Below, piece after piece: positions 26,474-37,909 of a stretch of 50,180 bases of DNA (positions are counted from its first letter, which is position 1; the number at the start of each line of letters is the position of its first letter). Origin of the DNA: Verrucomicrobiales bacterium (GTDB taxonomy: Bacteria; Verrucomicrobiota; Verrucomicrobiia; Limisphaerales; JAQGOV01); the NCBI GenBank assembly GCA_028293425.1, contig JAQGOV010000298.1, forward strand, positions 1 through 50,180. Reading direction: 5' to 3'. A program made the position numbers and the translations under genes. Under the pieces are notes generated by a model, which saw only the letters and a program-made list of their open reading frames with translations, ran no database searches and was not told where the DNA came from.

Positions 26474-27925
26474 TCACTCCATCGCCGCCAGCACCTCGTC
26501 CAACGAGAGGGTGGCAAAGGTGGTCGCTGAGTCGGACATGGCATAAGGAATAACGAGTTGCCGGCCATGCACGAGGCTTCCACAGGAGTAAACCACGTTC
26601 GGCACGTAACCTTCACGCTCGTTCTCATTCGGTGTGATTAGCGGCTCGCGCAGTCGTCCAATTAATCTGCTGGGATCCTCCAGATCGAGCAGAAATGCGC
26701 CAATGGAATATTTCCGCATCGGTCCTACGCCATGGCTGATGACAAGCCATCCCGCTTCGGTTTCGATCGGTGAACCACAGTTGCCTAGTTGGATCAATTC
26801 CCATGGAAATTTTGGTTTAAAGATCAATTGCGTCTCGTTCCAGAAGTGCAAATGGTCGGAGAACATCAGGTAGAGGTTTTCGTAATCCTGCCGGCCGAGC
26901 ATAGCGTATCGCCCGTTTATCTTGCGCGGAAAGAGGGCCATGCCTTTGTTCTTCACTGCCGGGCCATTCAGCGTGATGAATTTGAAATGCAAAAAATCAG
27001 GCGTCTCAATAAATTGAGGCAGGATCATTTGCCCGTCGTATGCGGTGTAGGTCGCGTAATAATTGTGCGTCCCATCATCATTCTGGAACCGCACAAAGCG
27101 GGCATCCTCGATTCCTTTGCTCTGGGAAGGTGTGGCGGGAAACAAAACCCTCTCGGACAAATGCGAGTCGGCGGCGAATTGCACTTCGTAATTCGATTGT
27201 GCCAGCATCAGAAGCTTCCTTGCGGCAGCTTCCGTTTCCTGGTTGCGCGCTTCGAAATGCTTCGTTGTCCGGTAAACGCTATCCCCCAGTTCCTCGAATG
27301 TGAACGTCTGCCCAAGCCCTTGAATCACTTGTCTGCTGAAGTCGCCGGCCAATTGCAGTTCCTGGAGTTTTCGTTCGAACACACTTTTGTCATAGGAAGG
27401 ATTGGGCACCTGCTCAGGCTCCACACAGTAACGCGTGGGTGGTTTAATCGTAATATTGGCTTTGGCGTCCAGTATCCCCGTCCGAAAGGTAATCGAGGAG
27501 ATATGCCCTTCACCCGTGGCTCGCAGGCTCAGGATGAAGCGGAGAAAACCTGCCGGCAGATCCGATTGATCCGGATGAGGAACAATGGAGGGATTGAATA
27601 AAGCGGCCGCCTCCAGCGAGTACTCATGGCTGAAATAAGCCCCGAGCAGCAAGGCGCGTTCTCCCGAAACGCCCTGCAGGTTTAAAGCAGGCCGCATCTG
27701 CTCAAACCTTCTTTCCAGGAACTGCTGGATTCTTACGTGACGTTGTCCAAACTCTGCTTGAACCTGGGTCCACAAACTTTGGACCTCGCGTTCAGACAAG
27801 GCCATCACCTCCGCGCAAATTCTGGCGGCACGAGCATCGGTCGGACCAAGGAAGGGCCGGAGCAGCACGCGCGTGCGGTCCGAATGCAATATGACTGGGG
27901 TGCGTTGCACCGTGAGAGTGTTCAT
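26474..27925 (-). CDS. Glycoside hydrolase family 130 protein (beta-mannoside phosphorylase/mannosidase-like)
   Basis: ALFNPS, GIEDARF, YTAYDG, NKGMALFP, HGVG, EREGYVPNVVYSCG. Confidence 0.88.
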   Translation of the reverse strand: MNTLTVQRTPVILHSDRTRVLLRPFLGPTDARAARICAEVMALSEREVQSLWTQVQAEFGQRHVRIQQFLERRFEQMRPALNLQGVSGERALLLGAYFSHEYSLEAAALFNPSIVPHPDQSDLPAGFLRFILSLRATGEGHISSITFRTGILDAKANITIKPPTRYCVEPEQVPNPSYDKSVFERKLQELQLAGDFSRQVIQGLGQTFTFEELGDSVYRTTKHFEARNQETEAAARKLLMLAQSNYEVQFAADSHLSERVLFPATPSQSKGIEDARFVRFQNDDGTHNYYATYTAYDGQMILPQFIETPDFLHFKFITLNGPAVKNKGMALFPRKINGRYAMLGRQDYENLYLMFSDHLHFWNETQLIFKPKFPWELIQLGNCGSPIETEAGWLVISHGVGPMRKYSIGAFLLDLEDPSRLIGRLREPLITPNENEREGYVPNVVYSCGSLVHGRQLVIPYAMSDSATTFATLSLDEVLAAME

Positions 27926-27933
27926 TATAATTC

Positions 27934-30258
27934 TTACGAAACCGACTTGTTGAAAACGGTGAGGGCATCCTGCATTAGCTGCAGTTCCGTGAGCGAAAGG
28001 AGAAAGGCCAGCGTCGATTCGGCGCCCTGGTTCTGGTTCACGCGATCCACATGCAAAGCGTCACGGCAGCCGCCTGTGCTGGGGGAATACAGCTCGAGCC
28101 CCAAATCATTCCAGCCAAGAAACCAGTCAAAGGCGCGCAGGGCCTGCTCGTACCACCACACCTCCGAAGTCGTGCGGTAAGCTTCCAGGCAGGCTGAAAC
28201 CATCGCCTGGGCTTCGATCGGTTGCTGATCGAATTTGGCCCGTGTTCCGCCTCGTGGGTAGAAGCCATTGCTGCCGATGGGCCGGAAATCTCCGCTTTCC
28301 GCCGTTTGAATCTGTGCCAGCCAGCGCAAGCTTTCCAACCCGCGCTCATAAGCCGCCTTGTTGCCGATGGCTCGTCCGGTCAGGATCAATGCGTGGGCCA
28401 GCTTGGCATTGTCGTAGGAGAGCACATCTTCGAACCACGGCCAATCATTCCCCGAAACCCGGTCAAACAAATCCATCAGACGAGCCAGCAAGGTTTCACG
28501 GATTTGTTCGGCGGCCCGGTTTCCGCTCAGCCGCTGCAGGTATTCATGAATCCCCAGCAGCGTGAATGCCCACGCACGCGGGGATGTAAACCCGAGCACG
28601 CTGGGCAGTGCTTCCGCGAAGATTTGGCCGGACAACACCTGGAAACTGCGATACGGCGAACGGCCCACGCCCAGGCCCAGCGCCCAAAGCGCACGGCCAT
28701 GGGAATCTTCCGAACCCTGCGGATCCAACCAGCGACGGTCGAAGCTGAGATGGTTGTGAAATCGTTTTGCCGTCCGATCAAAGGCATGGTGCAAAAACGC
28801 GGCGTAGGTGGTGGCCAGGGTTCGCACGCCTTCGGGCTCCTGCTCCATCTTGTCCAGCAACACCGCCAGAATGAAGGCCCGGGCGTTGTCATCCGTGCAG
28901 TAACCTTCCGAAAAATTGGGTACGGAAAAGACGCCGTGCTGGAAGAGCCCGGTCGAGTCGGTCATGCGGGTCAAGTGCTCCAGCTTCAATGCCGGCAAAA
29001 CGCGCGGCTGTTCGTCGAGCGTTTTGGTTCCAAACGATTTTCGGGAAATGACCGAACGATCCAGGCGGGCCAGCTCAAAGGAGCGCATATAAAGCCGGGC
29101 CACATTGCTCCAAATCATTTCCCGGCCGAGCGCATAAGCATTCTTGCGCATGGCCAAGCGGCGCGGTTCGTCGCGAAACAATCCAATGACTTCTCGAGCG
29201 ATCGCCTTGGCATCCGCGAAAGGCACGAGCACGCCGCGGCCATCCGCCAGCAACTCCGCCGCGTGCCAATAAGGCGTGGAGACTACGGCCTTGCCAGTCC
29301 CGAAAGCAAACGCCAGCGTGCCGGAAGTGATCTGCGCCTCGTTCAAATATGGCGTCAGATAAAGATCGGCCGCCCCGATGAACTCCTTCAGTTCCTCGAG
29401 CTCCACGAAACGGTTGTAGAAAATGACGTGCTTCTGCACGTTGTTTTTCTTGGCCAACCTTTCGAGGCTTAGGCGATAGGTTTCTCCGCGTTCCCGCACC
29501 AGGTTGGGATGCGTGGCGCCCAGCACGATGTAAACAGTGTTGGGAAATTCAGCCACAATTTCGGGAAGCGCGTTGATGGCGTGCTCAATCCCCTTGTTGG
29601 GCGAGAGCAGCCCGAAGGTCAGCAACACCCGCCTCCCTTCCACCCCGAATTGTTCCTTGTAGAGGTTCGAATCCGCGAATGGAAGATCCGCGATCCCGTG
29701 CGGCACCAGATCAATCTTTCCCGGCGGTGCCTGATAGATTTCCTCCAACATGCGCCGGCCCCGGTGCGACATAACCACCAGTCGGGCCGAACGGGCGATC
29801 AATTCCTGCATTACGCGCTGCTGTTCCGAATTCGGCGACTGCAGGACGGTATGCAAGGTGGTCACAATCGGCATTCGCAACTCGCGCAGCAGCGCCAGCA
29901 GGTGAGTGCCGGATGGCCCGCCGAAAATCCCAAACTCGTGCTGCACGCTGATCACATCCGCGTTGCTAATGTTCAGAAAATCCGCCGCGCGCAGGTAAGA
30001 GGACAAATCCTGCTCCTCGATTTCAAACCGAACTTCCTTGGGGTAGGTATAGCCGCCCGGAATGTCATTTACGGGCACCGCAAAGCATTCACTCTGGGGA
30101 TGCTCCGCTGCGATCGCCGACAGGACATCTGAGGTAAAAGTAGCAATACCGCATTTACGAGGTATGTAATCGCCGAGAAATGCAATCTTCTGAATGGTAG
30201 AAGGGTTTTCCAAGATCCAACCTTCGGCTATTCGGCGCCGAAAGCCAGCTTTTACCAA
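27934..30258 (-). CDS. GT4 glycosyltransferase with large C-terminal helical domain
   Basis: PRKCGIATFT, QHEFGIFGG, FGLLSPNKGIE, ITSGTLA, STPYWHA. C-terminal domain GYCTDDNARA…FDQQP…NQGAEST. Start uncertain. Confidence 0.88.
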   Translation of the reverse strand: MVKAGFRRRIAEGWILENPSTIQKIAFLGDYIPRKCGIATFTSDVLSAIAAEHPQSECFAVPVNDIPGGYTYPKEVRFEIEEQDLSSYLRAADFLNISNADVISVQHEFGIFGGPSGTHLLALLRELRMPIVTTLHTVLQSPNSEQQRVMQELIARSARLVVMSHRGRRMLEEIYQAPPGKIDLVPHGIADLPFADSNLYKEQFGVEGRRVLLTFGLLSPNKGIEHAINALPEIVAEFPNTVYIVLGATHPNLVRERGETYRLSLERLAKKNNVQKHVIFYNRFVELEELKEFIGAADLYLTPYLNEAQITSGTLAFAFGTGKAVVSTPYWHAAELLADGRGVLVPFADAKAIAREVIGLFRDEPRRLAMRKNAYALGREMIWSNVARLYMRSFELARLDRSVISRKSFGTKTLDEQPRVLPALKLEHLTRMTDSTGLFQHGVFSVPNFSEGYCTDDNARAFILAVLLDKMEQEPEGVRTLATTYAAFLHHAFDRTAKRFHNHLSFDRRWLDPQGSEDSHGRALWALGLGVGRSPYRSFQVLSGQIFAEALPSVLGFTSPRAWAFTLLGIHEYLQRLSGNRAAEQIRETLLARLMDLFDRVSGNDWPWFEDVLSYDNAKLAHALILTGRAIGNKAAYERGLESLRWLAQIQTAESGDFRPIGSNGFYPRGGTRAKFDQQPIEAQAMVSACLEAYRTTSEVWWYEQALRAFDWFLGWNDLGLELYSPSTGGCRDALHVDRVNQNQGAESTLAFLLSLTELQLMQDALTVFNKSVS

Positions 30259-30555
30259 AGAATTCCTTTTATACCTCGGTCTTCCTGAGGACGTTGCAAA
30301 CCTGCCGAACCAGCTTATGGAAAAACAAGGATCAGCTTGATTTCAGGGCTAATGATTCAGATCTGGCCTTTTCAAAGTCCAGCTACCCGCCTGGCTGCTG
30401 CGGATGCAATCAGGGATTGCCAAGACCCTCTTTCTTCCGCCTAATGGATACCACGTAAGCTCTTGTTCACAACGCCCCAGGAATACAGGAAAAGTCAGGC
30501 TGAACTTGGGCAAAGTGCGCTTTATCAATTTACGATGTTCCTTTGAAGCGACTCA

Positions 30556-32922
30556 ATGACCACAACCCCTCTCAACCGAACACTCCGAATTCCTAGTCGC
30601 TTTTCTTGCGCGGCCCTTGTGGCTTTTGCAGTGATGCTTCTGTCCTTCGCACAGCTTCATGGTCAGTCGTTCAAGGCACTGTCCATTCCTCGCGGCAGCC
30701 CAACCTCCAACGCTCCGGCAAGTCTTCCAAAGACGGTGGCAGAAATGGACAGCGCTATCGCCGGGATTGAAACGCGTCTTACCGACGTGCGCGCGAAAGT
30801 GTCTGCCACGAACACAGACAAAACCACTGCCGCCAGGGATGTGGCCGCCCGACCCGAGGAATTGGCCGAACGCCAGCAATTGCTTCACCAATGGGTGAGC
30901 GCGCTGGATCGCCAGGCCCGGAACTTGCGGAACTACAAAGAGATTCACCGGCTAAACGAGCAGCGCGTGGCTGAGCAGGACGCGTGGAGAGGTTTTGCAC
31001 AACCCCCGACCGTGGCATTGGCGGAACGTTTGGCTGACATGGTTTCCGCCCAGCGGCTCGAATTGCGAAACGCAGAAATGATGCTCCCCATATACGAGGG
31101 CGATATCTCCCGAAACGCAGCGCGCCTCATTGAAAGTCAAAAGCAACTTCGGCTAGCCGAGGATCAGGCAGCCGATGCCCGCGTTCGGGATTCGCGCAAC
31201 CAGCAGCCGCTCCAACTGGCGCAGTTGCGGACCCAGGCCAATGAAGCCTCGGTCGAAGCTGCTGAACTCGGTCGCCTGGTAACTTCACAGCAACTGGAGG
31301 GCAAACGCCGGTATGTTGAATTCCTGGAACGAAAGCTTTCCTCCGCGCGAGCTCAAGCAAGGATAACACGCGCTGATTTGGACGGCGTGTTGGCTCAAAT
31401 CAACGAGAGGCGCGCAGCGCTCCAGAAGGAGCTGGATGGAGCCGTTGCCGCGGACCAGGGTTTGCAAGCTTCGCACGCCCTGGCGGTGGGCCGGGTGCCC
31501 GCAGTGCCAAATGGGAACCCCGCGGAACCGCAGTTGGTTGCGGAAATAGAAGCGGCACGTTTTGAAACCAGTACACTCAAGGTGGAATCGCTGCGCAGTT
31601 TCCTTCAGCTCACCGATTATGCGCGGACAATTTGGCAGGATAGAGTTTGGGCCGCCGAACCCCGCAGCCTGCGGCAATTGCGAGACAAAGAACAACATCA
31701 TCAACAGCGTCTCGAACGACTGCGCGAGTGGAAAGGGTTGATGGAGCAATCACTCTCTGCCATGGGTGACCAAATCCTCCGGCAGACCGTGCGCAGCGAA
31801 GATGCGAGGCTGCCGATCGCGGAACGCGAGGCTGCGAAACAAGTTCGGACGTCTTTGCAGGAGCGGGCCTTGATTGAACTGCGAACAGTTGGCGCGCTGG
31901 CCTTCACGCAAGACCTGGCGGCCCGTTTGCACACCGACATTTCCGCACAAGTGGCGCAAATCTCAATGTGGGCAAAAATGGCTTCCTTCTTCGAAGGTGC
32001 GGACGCGTTTTTGCACCGTATTTGGAATACGGAACTCTACATCGCTGAGGACAGCGTCATTGCCGGCGGTCAGAAAGTTTCGGTCCCTCGGATTATCACC
32101 GTTGGAAAGGTGGCCATTGCACTGAGTATCTTCGGCTTTGGCCTGCTGCTGGCGCGCTGGGCGAATCGACTCGCCGGGCTCGCGAGTTCACGCTGGCTCA
32201 GCAAAAAGAACGCGGCGGGTGTCCCGACCAAGGCGTTCGCGGCTGTGGTCGTGCTCATCTCTCTCCTTGTGGCAATGGCTTCAGTGCGAATCCCGTGGAC
32301 GGTGTTCGCGTTCATGGGCGGCGCGCTCGCCATCGGCGTCGGCTTTGGCGCGCAAACACTGATCAACAATTTCATCAGCGGCATCATTCTGCTGTGCGAG
32401 CGCAGCATTCGCGTCGGCGACCTCGTGGAAGTGGACAACCAACGCGGAAAGATCATGCGCGTTGGATTTCGCAATTCGCTGATCGCGCGCAGCGACGGCA
32501 GTGAAGTGCTCGTGCCGAACAGCCAGTTCCTGGAAAAGAAAGTCGTGAACTGGACGCTGAGCAATGACAAGGTGCGCTACCAAGTGGCGGTGGGGGTTGC
32601 CTACGACGCTCCCCGAAGCAAGGCCGCGGAACTTATTGCCCAGGCCGCCGCCGAACATGCACAAGTCAGCAAAGAACCCGCTCCGGAAGTGCTCCTGGAT
32701 AATTTTGGCGACCACGCTCTCCTCTTCACCCTGGAAATTTGGATACGCCTTTCTCCCGACGTGAACGGCGGCAAGGTCCGGAGCGAGTTGCGGCACCGCA
32801 TTATGGAACTTTTCGATGAGGCTAAAATCAGCATGCCTTTTCCGCACCGGGACATTCACTTGAATACCAACAGCCCTCTTGAAATCAAAGTCGTTGACCC
32901 ACGCGTAACTAATTCTGGGTAA
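30556..32922 (+). CDS. MscS/MscK-like mechanosensitive channel with long periplasmic coiled coil
   Basis: Signal peptide, coiled coil, TMs, GALAIGVGFGAQTLINNFISG, VGD, VPNS, VGVAYD, MPFPHRDIH. Confidence 0.9.
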   Translation: MTTTPLNRTLRIPSRFSCAALVAFAVMLLSFAQLHGQSFKALSIPRGSPTSNAPASLPKTVAEMDSAIAGIETRLTDVRAKVSATNTDKTTAARDVAARPEELAERQQLLHQWVSALDRQARNLRNYKEIHRLNEQRVAEQDAWRGFAQPPTVALAERLADMVSAQRLELRNAEMMLPIYEGDISRNAARLIESQKQLRLAEDQAADARVRDSRNQQPLQLAQLRTQANEASVEAAELGRLVTSQQLEGKRRYVEFLERKLSSARAQARITRADLDGVLAQINERRAALQKELDGAVAADQGLQASHALAVGRVPAVPNGNPAEPQLVAEIEAARFETSTLKVESLRSFLQLTDYARTIWQDRVWAAEPRSLRQLRDKEQHHQQRLERLREWKGLMEQSLSAMGDQILRQTVRSEDARLPIAEREAAKQVRTSLQERALIELRTVGALAFTQDLAARLHTDISAQVAQISMWAKMASFFEGADAFLHRIWNTELYIAEDSVIAGGQKVSVPRIITVGKVAIALSIFGFGLLLARWANRLAGLASSRWLSKKNAAGVPTKAFAAVVVLISLLVAMASVRIPWTVFAFMGGALAIGVGFGAQTLINNFISGIILLCERSIRVGDLVEVDNQRGKIMRVGFRNSLIARSDGSEVLVPNSQFLEKKVVNWTLSNDKVRYQVAVGVAYDAPRSKAAELIAQAAAEHAQVSKEPAPEVLLDNFGDHALLFTLEIWIRLSPDVNGGKVRSELRHRIMELFDEAKISMPFPHRDIHLNTNSPLEIKVVDPRVTNSG

Positions 32923-32998
32923 GTTCGCTTTCCACGGCAATCCAGGTTCGCATTCTGCGCGTCGTAAACTTTCGACGCTGAAGAGAAACCCTCGTTGA

Positions 32999-34390
<1,392 letters not shown>

Positions 34391-34448
34391 GAGAGCGCCT
34401 GAACAATTCCATTTCCTTTCGGACACGGGGATTTACAATCCTGGCTGA

Positions 34449-36128
34449 ATGTTTCGTCGATTGCGTGCCGCAGGCCATTGGGTTTTTCTCGCGCTGCTCT
34501 TTTGCGGGTTTTCCAGTCCCGTGTTTGGGGCGAGTTCAAAACGAGCTGCGGCCCCGGTGTTCAGCGAGGCTCGCGGCATCTTTGAGAAGCCGTTCTCGTT
34601 AGAACTCACGAGCAAAACGGCTGGGGCCAAAATCTATTTCACCACCAATGGCTCCGCCCCGGAGGAAGGCAAAGGGACCCTTTACCGTGGCACATTGAGA
34701 GTGGCAAGCACCACGGTTTTGCGCGCCGTCGCTATTGCCGACGGACTGGCTCCTTCGGAGATCGTCACGGAAAGTTATCTCTTTTTGCCGGACGTGGTGA
34801 AGCAAGCCGGCTCTGGTTTTCCTACGAACTGGGGAGTGAACCTCGGCAAGGCGGTGCCTGCGGATTATGAGATCGATCCGGAGATCACCGGGCATCCTGA
34901 TTACCGAGACCAGATGCTGCCGGCTTTACAAGCGATTCCGATGGTCTCGGTGGTGATGGAAGTGGAGGACCTGTTTGGTTCCAAACGAGGGATTTACGCG
35001 AATCCCAAGGAGAGCGGAGCGGAATGGGAGAGACCAGCCTCTGTCGAGTTGATGTTTCCCAAAGGTGAGAAGGGATTCCGAGTTGGATGCGGGATACGCA
35101 TCCAGGGCGGCTGGAACAGGCGCCCGGAAGAAAGTCCAAAGCATTCCTTTCGACTGCTGTTTAAGAAGAAGTATGGCCCCGGAAAATTGAAGTTCCCGCT
35201 CTTTGGTGCAGGAGGAGAGTTTGACACGCTGATTCTGCGTGGAGGATGCAACAATACCTGGCTGCACTGGAGCGGCGAAGAACGGAAGCGTGGCGACTTC
35301 ATTCGCGATCAGTGGATGCGAGACAGCCTCAGAGAGATGGGGCATCCATCCGCGCACGGGTTTTTCGTGCATTTGTATCTCAATGGCCTTTACTGGGGCC
35401 TTTACAACCTTTGCGAGAGGCCAAGCGCGCCTTTTGTGGCGGCCCATTTCGGAGGCAAACCGGAGGATTACGATGTGCGCAACGGCGATCACATCCTGGA
35501 AGGAGATGGGGAATCCTGGAAAAAGATGATGTCACTGGCGAACGCCGGCGTGAAAACAGACGGAGAGTTCGCCGCGATTGCTCAGAAGGTGGACATGCCG
35601 GAGTTGGTCGATTATCTGATCCTGAATTTTTACGGCGCGAATGCGGATTGGGACCATGCATCGAATTGGTACGCGGCCCGACGACGGAGCCCGGCCGGAA
35701 AGTTCGAATTCTTCGTCTGGGACGGCGAGAGGACGTTGGAGGGAGTAACGGACAATTCCATGGCTTTCGACGATGACCAAAGCCCGCCGCGTCTCTTTCA
35801 TAAGCTAAAGGAAAATCCGGAGTTTCGACGACTGTTCGGCGAACGCGCGCGGCTGCATCTCATTAACGGAGGAGCTCTCTCGCCAGCGAAGGCGGCGGAG
35901 CGTTATCGAAAATGGGTGGAGAAACTGGATTTGCCCGTGATTGCGGAATCGGCTCGATGGGGAGACTACCGACGCGATGTTCATCGGTATAAAACCGGGC
36001 CGTACGAGCTTTATACGCGCAAGGACCATTGGCGTCCGGAAGTGGATCGCCTGTTAAACCAATATTTTCCGAAGCGGAGCGATGCGGTGCTGAAGCAGTT
36101 TGAGGAGCGGGGATTGTACAGGCCCTGA
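34449..36128 (+). CDS. CotH-family protein kinase with N-terminal chitobiase/FN3-associated domain
   Basis: IYFTTNGSAP, WERPASVE, PKHSFRL, LYLNGLYWGLYNLCER, DW…NWY, WDGE, AESARWGD. Confidence 0.85.
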   Translation: MFRRLRAAGHWVFLALLFCGFSSPVFGASSKRAAAPVFSEARGIFEKPFSLELTSKTAGAKIYFTTNGSAPEEGKGTLYRGTLRVASTTVLRAVAIADGLAPSEIVTESYLFLPDVVKQAGSGFPTNWGVNLGKAVPADYEIDPEITGHPDYRDQMLPALQAIPMVSVVMEVEDLFGSKRGIYANPKESGAEWERPASVELMFPKGEKGFRVGCGIRIQGGWNRRPEESPKHSFRLLFKKKYGPGKLKFPLFGAGGEFDTLILRGGCNNTWLHWSGEERKRGDFIRDQWMRDSLREMGHPSAHGFFVHLYLNGLYWGLYNLCERPSAPFVAAHFGGKPEDYDVRNGDHILEGDGESWKKMMSLANAGVKTDGEFAAIAQKVDMPELVDYLILNFYGANADWDHASNWYAARRRSPAGKFEFFVWDGERTLEGVTDNSMAFDDDQSPPRLFHKLKENPEFRRLFGERARLHLINGGALSPAKAAERYRKWVEKLDLPVIAESARWGDYRRDVHRYKTGPYELYTRKDHWRPEVDRLLNQYFPKRSDAVLKQFEERGLYRP

Positions 36129-36177
36129 GAACAGCGTGTGGACGGATGTCACTCCAGGGGTTTGTTGTGCCGGAAAC

Positions 36178-36996
36178 TCAGTGCAAGACGATTTCTGTTT
36201 CCTCGCCCGTCTCCAGTAAATTGACCACTGCAGATTTTTCCCGGACCTCGACACACTTTAATCGCAGCCATTTGGTGCCAACCTGCACAAGGCTCTCTTC
36301 TCCGTTGGTAAAGGTGCGGTCATTGATTGTGGCCAATCTATGATCCTTCTTGCCACGAATTCCTTTGAGAACCAGCTTGGATAGGTAAGGGGAAGGGGAT
36401 ACCAAACCGACTTTGAAGTTGGCGACCAGCCTTTCTCCCTCGGCAATGTCTTGGACTGACATGCGCGAGATGATCGGATCTCGGTACATCTTCCCAATGC
36501 CTTTATTTTTCTCGGAGGCAAGAGTGAGCCATTTGTAAGCCTGGACGAGGTCCTTCTTGACTCCTTTGCCGTCCTGGTAGCATTGGCCCAAGGCGAATTG
36601 TCCTTCCAGGTTATCCTTATTTGCAGCACGGGAAAACCACTGAACCGCTTCGGTCGCGTCGGCAGGGACTTTGACAGTGCCCGGTTTCGTGGCCGGCCGT
36701 CCATTAAGATAGATATCTCCCAGCCGATATTGAGCCTGAGGAACGCCCTTTTCCGCAGCGGCGCGATACCATTTCGCCGCTTCGGAGTACTCAAATGAGG
36801 AAAGGTAAGCATCGCCCAAGTGGGTTTGAGCTTGAGGATCTCCCTCTGCGGCGGCTGCCTGAAGGGTGGCCGAGGCCGGTGCGGAGTGGCCAGTGACCAG
36901 ACCCGCGTTTAAGGCGATCACCAAAAGCAGGAAGGGCCACCAGCAGCGAAAAGCGTTGGATTGGCGAGACGCGTCATTTGGGCATTCGTAGTCCAT
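36178..36996 (-). CDS. Sel1-repeat protein with C-terminal beta domain
   Basis: Three Sel1 repeats (AQTHLG…AAKWYRAAAEKG, AQYRLG, GQFALGQCYQDGKGVKKDLVQAYKW); N-terminal hydrophobic segment. Start uncertain. Confidence 0.82.
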   Translation of the reverse strand: MDYECPNDASRQSNAFRCWWPFLLLVIALNAGLVTGHSAPASATLQAAAAEGDPQAQTHLGDAYLSSFEYSEAAKWYRAAAEKGVPQAQYRLGDIYLNGRPATKPGTVKVPADATEAVQWFSRAANKDNLEGQFALGQCYQDGKGVKKDLVQAYKWLTLASEKNKGIGKMYRDPIISRMSVQDIAEGERLVANFKVGLVSPSPYLSKLVLKGIRGKKDHRLATINDRTFTNGEESLVQVGTKWLRLKCVEVREKSAVVNLLETGEETEIVLH

Positions 36997-37186
36997 GATG
37001 TATTTTCGGCTCAATCAACGTCCTTCTGAACCGGAATGTTGGGAGGTCTCACTTCTCTTCAGGAACGGGAAGCGATCAGAGAATGCTTCAGGTCGTCTCC
37101 TACCCAGCACCTTCCAGACAAAATTTGCAGCGACATAACGCGGATGAATAAGTCATCTTCCCATTTGCGATCTGGAACAAAAGAAC

Positions 37187-37900
37187 ATGCGCATTTTACT
37201 AATCATCATTATCCTGCTGGGAATGTCTTTGCAGACGCCAGCAACTGAGGGTGTGGTCTTGCTGCATGGCCTCTGCCGTCGAAGCGGATGTATGCACAAG
37301 CTGGAGCGCGCGCTTTCCGCGGCCGGGTTCCAGGTGGAAAATGTGGATTATCCCTCACGGACGGCGACCATCGATCTTTTGAGCGAGTTGACGATTACGG
37401 AGGCTCTCAGGAGTCCCAATCTGAAAGAGTGCTCAAAGATCCATTTCGTGACCCACTCATTGGGAGGGATCCTCGTCCGAAGTTACTTTAAGCGGCACAC
37501 AAGCGAGCGGCTCGGACGGGTGGTGATGCTTGGGCCACCGAATGGCGGGAGCGAGGTGGTTGACCGGATTGGTTCCTGGTGGTTGTTTCGTAAGCTCAAT
37601 GGGCCCGCAGGACAGGAACTGGGAACGGATGCAGCCTCTACCCCAAACCGTCTCGGGCCGGTGGAGTTTGAAACGGGTGTGATTGCTGGCGACCAATCGA
37701 TCAATTGGATCAATAGCATGATGATACGAGGGAAGAATGACGGAAAGGTTTCGGTGGAGCGAACGAAGGTAGCCGGGATGAAGGACCACGTGACCATTCA
37801 CGCCACGCATCCTTTTCTGATGAAGAACAGGGAGGCCATCAAGTATACCATTCGGTTTTTGCAAACGGGGGCATTCGCCCTGAAACCGAATGATGAATAA
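37187..37900 (+). CDS. Secreted alpha/beta-fold hydrolase (lipase/esterase-like)
   Basis: VVLLHGL, VTHSLGG, LGPPNGGS, NDGKVSV, HPFLM. Confidence 0.85.
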   Translation: MRILLIIIILLGMSLQTPATEGVVLLHGLCRRSGCMHKLERALSAAGFQVENVDYPSRTATIDLLSELTITEALRSPNLKECSKIHFVTHSLGGILVRSYFKRHTSERLGRVVMLGPPNGGSEVVDRIGSWWLFRKLNGPAGQELGTDAASTPNRLGPVEFETGVIAGDQSINWINSMMIRGKNDGKVSVERTKVAGMKDHVTIHATHPFLMKNREAIKYTIRFLQTGAFALKPNDE

Positions 37901-37909
37901 CCTGACTGT

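Noticed and set aside
28222-29472. 416-aa ORF on + strand (likewise 46166-47323, 25464-26477, 22614-23486)
   Set aside because: All overlap well-supported genes on the opposite strand and lack motifs
37033-37115. Long imperfect hairpin between divergent genes
   Set aside because: Too many mismatches and no second copy in the window to support a MITE or sRNA call
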